Part shown: in pieces, positions 36,965 to 44,874 of the stretch
Numbering within the stretch: the stretch's first letter is position 1
Layout: every line of letters starts with the position of its first letter
Assembly (NCBI GenBank): GCA_051866745.1
Contig: JBJDXQ010000022.1
Coordinates: 84,533 to 148,532, forward strand
DNA from: Candidatus Limivicinus sp.
Lineage (GTDB): Bacteria > Bacillota > Clostridia > Oscillospirales > Oscillospiraceae
DNA length: 64,000 nt
Direction of reading: 5' to 3'
The notes under the pieces: generated by a model
What the model was told of the DNA's origin: nothing
Seen by the model: the letters and a program-made list of their open reading frames with translations, nothing else
Databases searched by the model: none
Made by a program: the position numbers and the translations under genes

Positions 36965-39256
36965 TTACTGCCTCCTTACGATGTTCATGCGGTGGCTGTA
37001 GGCGCTGTGAACCAGATAGCTGTTGTCCCCCTCCCGGGTGAACTTCACCCAGAAGGTGGCATTGCCCAGGCGGCTGCGGGCAATCAGCAGCCCCGTTTCG
37101 CTGTCCAGAATGGCTTCGCCGCTTTGGCGCACCTCATCCATAACGGCGATGACGTCGCTTTTCAGGATCATCCGGTCATCCATCATTTTCAGAGCAGCTT
37201 CCGTAAACTTCAGTTCATAGTCCAGCTTCATTTCCTCTGTCTCCTCCTGCCATAACTCCCGGAGCAGTTCATTCTTCAGGCTGAGCCGGTTATAGCGCTT
37301 TTCGCTGATATCCGGCGGGGAACCCGCGTCCGTGCCATAGGCCAGCTCCAGTATGTGCCGGGATTCTCTCCCTTGTCTGGCAAAGCGGTCCCGGCAGGCC
37401 ATGCAGTAGCTGATATAGGGCGCGTCGGAGCGCTCCAGGCATTTGTCCGTCATCTCCTTCGCCAGTTCCCGGTTGGCATAGGCGGTCAGGCCGCCATAGC
37501 CGCAGCAGGGGCTCCGATCCCCGGAATACGCCGTCTCAACCAACTGGCAGCCCAGGCTCTCCGCCAGCTTGCGTATGGCGGTCTGGGTCTGTTCATCCCC
37601 CCGGGCGCCGCAGGAATCATGGAGGGCCGCAGGCCGTTCCAGCCCCTTTGCCCCCTCCGGCAGGCCGATTTCACAGAGAATGTCCCATATGCCCACCAGT
37701 TCGGCCTGGGCATGGGCGGCCAGTTCTTTTTTACAGCTGGGGCAGCCTGCAATGATGATGGGGTCGCCCAGCTTGGCCAGCTCCCGGTCAATAAATTCCC
37801 TGGTCTGATCGTACATCTCATAGCGGCCCGCCCAGTCGCAGATGGCGCCGCAGCAGCCCAGCATCAGGGCCACGCCGCCCTCCAGCCTTTCACACAGGTC
37901 CAGATAGGCCGCTTTCACCGTCTCCGGCGCGATGGCCGACGCCTGGCAGCCAGGGAAAAACACATACTTGCACTGGGCATAGCCCGGCTGGTTCCGGCAC
38001 AGGAAGGCCTCGTTGTTGGAAAACAGCATATCCATCAGAGCAAACTCATGGGGTGCCAGAGGCATCTTGTCCGTGGATACCATGTTCTGCCTGGCCAGGT
38101 GACAGACCTCCGCCATGTCAAAACCGTTGGGGCAGGTGACGGTACATTGGCCGCAGAGGGAACAGGAGTTCATAGGCTTGTTCAGCTGGTGATCTCCCAT
38201 GATAATCTGGGTATTATTGAAAATCTCCCGCCCCAGCAAAGCCGGGTATTTTTTATAGTGCTCCAAAAAGGCACAGCCTTTTTTACATTCCTCACAGTGG
38301 CACTGGATGCAGCGCCGGGCCTCTTCCGTGGCCTCCTCCCGGGTATAGCCATCGGTTCCAACAGGGATGCGCCGGAGCTTCTTTGCATCTTCCGTGCTGG
38401 TGTACAGCCGGGTTTCTACCGGCCCTTCGTCCCCTCTGGTGTTGGCCGGGTCCAGATTCTGGGCCAGCCTGTCCACAGAGAGGGCGGCCCGTTTGGCGGC
38501 ATAGGCGCAGGATAGCACAGTGCCGCTCAGACCCATCACCAGCTTTTCCTTTTCGTATACCATCAAAGCTTGGTTGCAGACCGCTTCCGGGAAACACTTC
38601 AGGGCGATCGCCTCTGACGCACAAATCACGTCAAAGCGCTCCCGCTGCTGGTCAAAGAAGGCCTTATCCATATCGCAGCCAAATGCAAACTGCAAGTCCA
38701 TCCCCTGCAGGTTGACAAGCTCTGCCGCGAATTCTTCCCGGCTCAAAAAACCTGTCTCCGCCGCCAGGAATTGCTCCATGTCCGCTTCCGGGCAGAAAAT
38801 AGTCACCGGGTAAGCCTTTTTCTCCAGCTCGCCTGCCAGGAAAAGGCAGAATAAACCGGAGCCGAAAATGGCCACGGTCTTTTTCTTTTTCATGCGGAAC
38901 ACGCTACCGCCCTTGCTGCGGGTGCTGTAGCGGGCCACCGCTTTTTCCAGCTCCTGAATGGCAATTCCATCCCCCACCTGGCACAGCTTGCACGTTTCCT
39001 GGCAGGGTGCTTCGCAGCCGGCAGAGAGAATATGCACAAAGGGGCTGGCTTTTTCATACAGCTGCCGTGCTTTTTTATAGTCTCCCTCCGCCACTGCTTT
39101 CAGCATGGCCTTGGTGTCCAGCTTCAGCGGACAGGCAGCATTACAATAGGCCGGCTGCTCATATACGCAGCGGCTAATCATCTCGTCCATCATTTCCTTG
39201 GACAGACGGTTCACACGGTACACATGGGTGGAGCGGCGTTCATTGATCTGCGCCAT
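36965..39256 (-). CDS. multidomain flavo-iron-sulfur protein: GltD-like N-terminus with dinucleotide fold, 2x[4Fe-4S] ferredoxin, two HdrD-type CCG domains
   Basis: YCNAACPLK...GCEAPCQETC, then TVAIFGSGLFCLFLAGEL, then CIQCHCEECKKGC and CSLCGQCTVTCP, then FFPGCQ...LGCCGA and HDSCGARG...SPCCGYGG. Confidence 0.8.
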   Translation of the reverse strand: MAQINERRSTHVYRVNRLSKEMMDEMISRCVYEQPAYCNAACPLKLDTKAMLKAVAEGDYKKARQLYEKASPFVHILSAGCEAPCQETCKLCQVGDGIAIQELEKAVARYSTRSKGGSVFRMKKKKTVAIFGSGLFCLFLAGELEKKAYPVTIFCPEADMEQFLAAETGFLSREEFAAELVNLQGMDLQFAFGCDMDKAFFDQQRERFDVICASEAIALKCFPEAVCNQALMVYEKEKLVMGLSGTVLSCAYAAKRAALSVDRLAQNLDPANTRGDEGPVETRLYTSTEDAKKLRRIPVGTDGYTREEATEEARRCIQCHCEECKKGCAFLEHYKKYPALLGREIFNNTQIIMGDHQLNKPMNSCSLCGQCTVTCPNGFDMAEVCHLARQNMVSTDKMPLAPHEFALMDMLFSNNEAFLCRNQPGYAQCKYVFFPGCQASAIAPETVKAAYLDLCERLEGGVALMLGCCGAICDWAGRYEMYDQTREFIDRELAKLGDPIIIAGCPSCKKELAAHAQAELVGIWDILCEIGLPEGAKGLERPAALHDSCGARGDEQTQTAIRKLAESLGCQLVETAYSGDRSPCCGYGGLTAYANRELAKEMTDKCLERSDAPYISYCMACRDRFARQGRESRHILELAYGTDAGSPPDISEKRYNRLSLKNELLRELWQEETEEMKLDYELKFTEAALKMMDDRMILKSDVIAVMDEVRQSGEAILDSETGLLIARSRLGNATFWVKFTREGDNSYLVHSAYSHRMNIVRRQ

Positions 39257-39315
39257 GGCAGCTGCCTCCTTTGCATGGAAAACTTCAAATTAAAGTAAAG
39301 TGCAATTTAAAGTTC

Positions 39316-39568
39316 AGAGAGGCTCATTTGAGCCTCCCTGAGCCTGTAAAAACCGTGCTTCACGCACCGAAGATAGAGCAGCGGGGGTGCGCGAGGGGGT
39401 CAAGACCCGCCTCGCAGTACAATAACCCGCCGCAGAAAATCCTTGAAAATCAAGGATTTTCGAGCGAAGCAGCATTTTGATAGTATCAAAATGCTCGGCG
39501 GTCGAAGCTTATCAAAAAGCCAACAAGGACTTTGTGATAAGCTGAGAGAGGCTCAAATGAGCCTCTCT
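39316..39568. repeat. about 250-bp highly structured palindromic insert bounded by 24-bp inverted-repeat hairpins
   Basis: Ends are agagaggctcatttgagcctccct and agagaggctcaaatgagcctctct, which are reverse complements. Internal perfect hairpins lie at 39436-39460, 39472-39494 and 39505-39543. Confidence 0.6.
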
Positions 39569-39597
39569 ATTGTATCATGGTTTGAATCCGCTGTAAA

Positions 39598-42360
39598 TTA
39601 CTTCTCCAGCTCCTTGAGGGCGGCAAGCACCTTGTCGGGGCGTGCGGGGATGCGGGTGATGCGGGCGCCGGTGGCGTTGTAGATGGCGTTGAGGATGGCG
39701 GGGTGCGGTGCATCCAGCGGAGCCTCGCCGCAGCCGGCAGCACCGTAGGGGCCGTTGGGACGGTAGGTCTCATTGAAGTGCAGCTCGATGTCATCGGGAG
39801 CATCGTTGGGGTAGGGGATGCCGCACTTGAGCAGGCTGGTGTGCTTGCTCAGGTCCTCAAAGTCCTCGCTGAGGGCCAGGCCAATGCCCTGAACCAGGCC
39901 GCCGTAGAAGTTGCCTTCCACCAGCAGGCGGTTCATGATGGTGCCAACGTCAGCAACGCAGGTGAACTTCTCCACCTTCACCTTGCCGGTCTGGGTGTCA
40001 ACGCAGACCTCAGGCAGGAAGATGGTGTACATGTAGGTGGCGAAGGGATCGCCCTGGGCGGTATCCTGGTCGATGGGATGATCGGCGCAGAAGGTGGTCA
40101 CCCAGTTGCCCTCGTACTTGGTCTCAAGGCCTTCCGCCTTCATTTCGTCATAGGTGCGGTAAGTGCCGTCCTCTTTCTTCATAGCGGCCAGCAGGTTCTC
40201 GGCGGCCAAGCGGCAGGCGTTGCCGCTCATGACCTGAGAGCGGGAACCACCGGCAGGACCGGAGTTGGGGGTGTACTTGGTGTCGTTCATCACCAGGCGG
40301 ATCTGCTCCGGCTTAATGCCTGCCTGGCGCAGGGTCTCATGAGCGGAGACCAGAACGCCCATATCAGCGCCCTGACCGTGATCCTCCCAGGAGGCGTACA
40401 TGGTGACGGTGCCGTCGGGGTTCAGCTCGGCATAGGCGGAGGAGGCGTCAACGCCGTCCAGGCCGCAGCCGTAAACGCCCAGGGAGACGCCGATGCCGTA
40501 CTTGTAACGGCCGTCGGAGGCGGCGTTCTTCTCGGCAACCCGTTTCTTGCCCGCCTCATACAGGGGACGGGCCTTGTCAAACAGGGCCTCCTCGCAGTAG
40601 ACCTCAGGGGGATAGCCGGTGGGGATGGTGGTGCCCTCGGACTCCTTGTAGCAGTTCATGGCACGCATCTCAAAGGGATCGATGCCCATCTTGGCTGCCA
40701 GGCAGTCAATGGCAATCTCAGAGCCCATGAAGGACTGGGGAGAACCGTAGGCACGGAAGGCGGAGCCCCAGGCGTGGTTGGTGAACACGGTTTGGCTCTT
40801 GTTGCGGATGGAGTTGATGCCGTAGCCTGCGCCGGTGAACTGGCTCAGACGCATGGTCAGCAGGTCACCGAACTCGGAGTAGGGGCCGTGGTCCACATAG
40901 TTGTCGCCCCACAGGGCCAGCAGCTTGCCCTTCTCGTCCGCCGCCAGCTTGATGTGCATGAAAGCGGGAGAGCGCTTGCCGGTGTAGGTGATATTCTGGA
41001 ACTGGTTGAACACCAGAGACACGGGGCGCTGGCAGATGATGGCCGCCGCGCCGATCAGGGCCTCGTTGGTGGGAGAGAACTTGTAGCCGAAGGTGCCGCC
41101 GGCATGGTTCTGAACGATGCGCAGCTTCTCCATGGGAACGCCGATGCCGCCGGCGATCATGGGCATATGCAGATGGATACCGATGGACTTGGAGTGGATG
41201 GTCACCATGCCGTCCTCGTCGATGTAGCCATAGCCGCAGTCCGGCTCCAGGTGCAGATGGGGCTGACGGGAGCAGTAGCTCTCGATCTCAACCTGCTGGG
41301 AATCGGGCACGCTGTCCCAGTCAAAGTCGGGTCCCTTGATGCAGTTGGTTTCAAAGAAGGTGTTGGGCGTGCCGGGATGGATTTCAATGGCGTCCTCGGC
41401 CATGGCGTCCAGTGCGTTCATGTAGGCGGGCAGTTCTTCAATCTCCACCTTCACCGCGTCGGCCGCAGCCCGGGCATGGGCCTCGGTGTCGGCCGCCACA
41501 ATGGCGATGGCGTCGCCGAACTGGAAGATTTTATCGCTGCACAGGACCGGGCGCTCAAAGCCGTCGGTCTTGTTGTGCTTGGGCAGCATGACAAGGCCGT
41601 TGATCTTGTTGGTGCCGCCGGCAGCCAAGATGTCCTTATAGGTGATGACCTTGAACACGCCGGGCATCTTCTCCGCCTCAGAGGTGTCGATGCTCTTGAT
41701 GTTGGCGTGGGAGACCTTGGCCTGGGTCAGGGCCAGGCGCAGGGTGTTCTCCGGCATCTTCAGCGCGTCGTCAGCGCCGAAGTCCCAGGTGCCGGTGACC
41801 TTCTGGGCTGCGGAGGGACGGATGTACTTGGTGCCCTTGATGCTGTCGCCGGTGGGCTTGAAGATCAGGTCTTCCTTGGTCATCTCGCCCCGCAGAACAG
41901 CGGCAGCGTCCATAACCGCGTCCACCAGGGGCTTGTACCCGGTGCAGCGGCACAGGTTGCGGGTCTTGTTGAACCAATCCCGCACTTCCTCGCGGGTGGG
42001 GTTGGGATTCTGCTCCAGCAGCACCTTGGCGCTGATGATGAAGCCGGGGGTGCAGAAGCCGCACTGGGCGCAGCCGTGAGCCATCCAGGCCACCTGCAGG
42101 GGATGCATGTCGCTGATGGTGCCCACGCCCTCGATGGTGGTGATTTCCGCATTGTCCCGCACCTTACTCATCTTCACGATGCAGGAACGGGTCACCTTGC
42201 CGTCCAGAATGACGTTGCAGGCGCCGCAATGGCCCTCGCCGCAGCCGATTTTGCAGCCGGTGAGCAGCAGATGCTCACGCAGCACCTTGGCCAGGGTCTC
42301 GTCCTGCTCCAGCACCAGGTTGCGGGTGACGCCGTTGATTACCAGAGTTTTTCTAATCAT
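39598..42360 (-). CDS. molybdopterin-dependent aldehyde oxidoreductase, MOP type (2x[2Fe-2S] plus Mo-pterin domains in one chain)
   Basis: 920 aa. GCGEGHCGACNV and CAQCGFCTPG...CRCTGY are the two [2Fe-2S] sites. Xanthine-oxidase-family Mo-binding domains follow. There is no FAD domain, as in the Desulfovibrio gigas MOP enzyme. Confidence 0.92.
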   Translation of the reverse strand: MIRKTLVINGVTRNLVLEQDETLAKVLREHLLLTGCKIGCGEGHCGACNVILDGKVTRSCIVKMSKVRDNAEITTIEGVGTISDMHPLQVAWMAHGCAQCGFCTPGFIISAKVLLEQNPNPTREEVRDWFNKTRNLCRCTGYKPLVDAVMDAAAVLRGEMTKEDLIFKPTGDSIKGTKYIRPSAAQKVTGTWDFGADDALKMPENTLRLALTQAKVSHANIKSIDTSEAEKMPGVFKVITYKDILAAGGTNKINGLVMLPKHNKTDGFERPVLCSDKIFQFGDAIAIVAADTEAHARAAADAVKVEIEELPAYMNALDAMAEDAIEIHPGTPNTFFETNCIKGPDFDWDSVPDSQQVEIESYCSRQPHLHLEPDCGYGYIDEDGMVTIHSKSIGIHLHMPMIAGGIGVPMEKLRIVQNHAGGTFGYKFSPTNEALIGAAAIICQRPVSLVFNQFQNITYTGKRSPAFMHIKLAADEKGKLLALWGDNYVDHGPYSEFGDLLTMRLSQFTGAGYGINSIRNKSQTVFTNHAWGSAFRAYGSPQSFMGSEIAIDCLAAKMGIDPFEMRAMNCYKESEGTTIPTGYPPEVYCEEALFDKARPLYEAGKKRVAEKNAASDGRYKYGIGVSLGVYGCGLDGVDASSAYAELNPDGTVTMYASWEDHGQGADMGVLVSAHETLRQAGIKPEQIRLVMNDTKYTPNSGPAGGSRSQVMSGNACRLAAENLLAAMKKEDGTYRTYDEMKAEGLETKYEGNWVTTFCADHPIDQDTAQGDPFATYMYTIFLPEVCVDTQTGKVKVEKFTCVADVGTIMNRLLVEGNFYGGLVQGIGLALSEDFEDLSKHTSLLKCGIPYPNDAPDDIELHFNETYRPNGPYGAAGCGEAPLDAPHPAILNAIYNATGARITRIPARPDKVLAALKELEK

Positions 42361-42426
42361 AGCTTGACCTCCTGTTGATTTTCGTTTTTTCTTTTTCTGC
42401 TTTCCTTACAATACTGTCAAAGCGCC

Positions 42427-42684
42427 TCAGGTTTGGCTGTGTCCGCCGCAGTTATCATGGTCCGCGCCTTTACCGGTCAAATCTTTCAGCCGCTGAATGC
42501 CCCTTGCGGAATAGAACACCAGCTGAGCCGTGCTGCCGTCCACGTTTTCACCGCTGAGCCGCAGGACATTGGCGTTCTCATAATAGTCAATGGGCAGCTC
42601 CCGGCGAAAAACCTGGCCTGTCCTTTCGTCCCTGATCTCTACAGTGACCTGGCTGGCGGAGATCTCAAAAAGTTCATCTTCCAT
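42427..42684 (-). CDS. 85-aa hypothetical protein at the head of the oxidoreductase operon
   Basis: ORF-track entry with plausible composition, but a weak RBS. Its start is overlapped by the upstream micro-ORF. I recognise no family. Confidence 0.5.
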   Translation of the reverse strand: MEDELFEISASQVTVEIRDERTGQVFRRELPIDYYENANVLRLSGENVDGSTAQLVFYSARGIQRLKDLTGKGADHDNCGGHSQT

Positions 42685-42721
42685 AACAGCAACACTTCTC
42701 TCTGTATATTTCTTTATTCAA
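42674..42721 (-). CDS. candidate 15-codon micro-ORF (M)NKEIYREKCCCYGR
   Basis: TTG start lies 7 nt after AAGGAGG. The TGA stop overlaps the first codons of the 85-aa ORF. Read by hand; it is below the ORF-track cutoff. Confidence 0.25.
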   Translation of the reverse strand: MNKEIYREKCCCYGR

Positions 42722-42758
42722 TGATACGCCTCCTTCTTCCGGAGTTTCAAGTTTCAAC

Positions 42759-42793
42759 AAAAAGCAATTCGCAGAATCTGCGAATTGCTTTTT
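42759..42793 (-). terminator. intrinsic terminator after the TylF-like gene
   Basis: 11-bp stem gcaattcgcag/ctgcgaattgc flanked by A5 and T5. Confidence 0.8.
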
Positions 42794-42851
42794 GTGAATC
42801 TTATACAATTTCTGTGAATTTTTTATGGCAAAACTGTTATTTTTTCAGCAA

Positions 42852-43826
42852 TCATACGGGAAGAATCAGAGAACCATTGGCATCACACAGCGGCACCGCC
42901 GGCAGGCGGCGGCCCAGCTCCGCTTCGTACCGCTCCAGAGCGGCGCGGACGCCGGGGAGTTTGGGCGAAGAATAATCGTGCAGGAGGAGGCAGCCGCCGG
43001 GGGAAAGGCGGGGATAGAAATAGCGCAGGCCGGCCAGGGTGCTCTCCTCCAGGTCCACATCCAGGGACACCAGGGCGAAGCGCTCCTCCAGGCCATTTAA
43101 GGAGGCAGGGAACAGGCCGGGCATCAAAACCGCCTGCTCCGGGTGGGGCAGAGCGCGCAGCACCCTCTCCGCGGAAGTGTTCTTATGGCTCTCCAGAAAG
43201 CCCTGGCCCAGAGGGCGCAAAGCCTTCTCCCGCAAGGCTTCCCGGGAATCGAAGCCCTCAAAACTATCGAATAAATAGAGCTTGCGGTCAGGGAGGAGGG
43301 CGTTGATGCAGCGGGCGAAGGCGCCCTGATAGACCCCCAGCTCCGCCGCCGCACCGGGCACATCAGACAGGCGCAGGCACAGAGCTTCCAGGGTTTTTAC
43401 ACGGACATAGTCATTCTCCAGAGCGTCCGCAGGCAGCAATTGGGTGGCCTCCCAGGGGGCATTTTTGATGATTTTCGGTGGGCTTTGCAGCAGCTTTAGG
43501 ACGGCTTTGGGCAGGATTGCAGCCGCCTTTTCATAGCCTAGGTTCCTGTCTGTGAGGGTGAAATGATTCTTTAAATACAAGACCCGGTCTTTCTCAATGC
43601 CGGCGGCCTCACAGCGGCGTGCAATGGCGGGCACATCCCGGCTGGTGACCAGCAGAAGGTCATAGTCCCGCCCGGCCAATTCCTCGGGGCTGATTACAGG
43701 GCGCCCCAGGAAGCAGGCCCCCGGTTGGGGAGCGCTTTCCACAAAGGAGCGCACTTGCCCCAGGTCCAGGCCGCTGTCGATCAGTTCCCCGGCGCCGCAG
43801 CCGGTGCCGTAAATATACAGTTCCAT
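42852..43826 (-). CDS. TylF/MycF-family SAM-dependent O-methyltransferase with extra N-terminal domain
   Basis: Contains VPGAAAELGVYQGAFARCIN ... LYLFDSFEGF ... LVSLDVDLEEST ... GGCLLLHDY. Confidence 0.8.
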   Translation of the reverse strand: MELYIYGTGCGAGELIDSGLDLGQVRSFVESAPQPGACFLGRPVISPEELAGRDYDLLLVTSRDVPAIARRCEAAGIEKDRVLYLKNHFTLTDRNLGYEKAAAILPKAVLKLLQSPPKIIKNAPWEATQLLPADALENDYVRVKTLEALCLRLSDVPGAAAELGVYQGAFARCINALLPDRKLYLFDSFEGFDSREALREKALRPLGQGFLESHKNTSAERVLRALPHPEQAVLMPGLFPASLNGLEERFALVSLDVDLEESTLAGLRYFYPRLSPGGCLLLHDYSSPKLPGVRAALERYEAELGRRLPAVPLCDANGSLILPV

Positions 43827-43887
43827 GGTTCACCCTCCTTGCGTATTCCATTACAAAATACCACATTCAATTTGGGCTGTAAAGCAA

Positions 43888-43916
43888 TTTACATTTGAAA
43901 AACAATCGGGTATACT
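43888..43916 (+). promoter_or_regulatory. candidate promoter of the mocA-like operon
   Basis: TTTACA, 17 nt, TATACT. Confidence 0.55.
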
Positions 43917-43947
43917 AGGGACAGGTTTATACTGAGGAGGGATACAT

Positions 43948-44874
43948 ATGCAGACAGGCGCGGTCATCGTTGCGGCGGGGATGTCTTCCCGGATGGGGGA
44001 TTTCAAACCCATGCTGAACATCGGCTCCATTTCCATTGCCCAGCGGGTGGTGGCCACCTTCCAGCAGGCGGGCGTGGAGAAGATTGTGATGGTCACAGGC
44101 TACAACGCCACGGCGCTGGAGAAGCATCTGGCCAACAACGGCATCGTTTTTCTCCGCAACGAGGAATACGAGCACACGCAGATGTTTGAATCGGCCAAAA
44201 TCGGCCTTGGATACATACAGGATAAGTGCGACCGGGTGCTGTTCACCCCAGTGGACATCCCCCTGTTCACGGCAGCCACGGTTCACGCTTTGCTGGAAAG
44301 CGGGGCGGAGCTGGCCTGCCCGGTGTGTCAGGGAGAGACGGGACACCCGATTCTGATTGCTTCCCATTTAATCGATGCGATTTTGGAGGACAGCGGAGAG
44401 GGTGGTCTGCGGGGCGCACTGGACCGCTGCGGCGAGGCGATGGAGCAGGTCCCGGTTTCGGATTTGGGGGTGCTCCACGACGCGGACACGCCCCAGGATT
44501 TCAAGGCGCTGCTGCGCTACCACAATGAGCAGCTGGTGCGGCCGGTGGTCAATGTGGCGCTGGCCCGGGAAAAGCCCTTCTTTGACAGCCAGGTGGCCAT
44601 GCTGCTGGAGCTGGTGGACGAGACCCAGTCGGTGCGCACTGCCTGCGCACGGATGCAGATGTCCTATTCCAGCGGGTGGAACCTGATCCGCAGGCTGGAA
44701 TCCCAGCTGAACATGTCGCTGATAGAGCGCAGTCAGGGCGGCGCAGGAGGCGGCAAGAGCAGCCTGACCCCGGAGGGAAAACGGCTGACAGAGGCCTACA
44801 GAAGCTATCTGGCAGCGGTGAAAGAGGCAGCGGCCGATCTCTACGGGCAGTATTTCACAGGAATATTCAGATGA
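43948..44874 (+). CDS. MobA/MocA-like molybdenum-cofactor nucleotidyltransferase fused to a ModE-N-type winged HTH
   Basis: N-terminus is GAVIVAAGMSSRMGDFKPML. The C-terminal roughly 100 aa (SVRTACARMQMSYSSGWNLIRRLESQLNMSLIERSQGGAGGGKSSLTPEGKRL) match the ModE N-terminal pattern. Confidence 0.8.
   Translation: MQTGAVIVAAGMSSRMGDFKPMLNIGSISIAQRVVATFQQAGVEKIVMVTGYNATALEKHLANNGIVFLRNEEYEHTQMFESAKIGLGYIQDKCDRVLFTPVDIPLFTAATVHALLESGAELACPVCQGETGHPILIASHLIDAILEDSGEGGLRGALDRCGEAMEQVPVSDLGVLHDADTPQDFKALLRYHNEQLVRPVVNVALAREKPFFDSQVAMLLELVDETQSVRTACARMQMSYSSGWNLIRRLESQLNMSLIERSQGGAGGGKSSLTPEGKRLTEAYRSYLAAVKEAAADLYGQYFTGIFR

Noticed and set aside
34484-42360. Selenocysteine recoding in the radical SAM or oxidoreductase genes.
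   Set aside because: All ORFs in the cluster are continuous, with no in-frame TGA interruptions. No SECIS-like hairpin adjacent to a TGA was seen.
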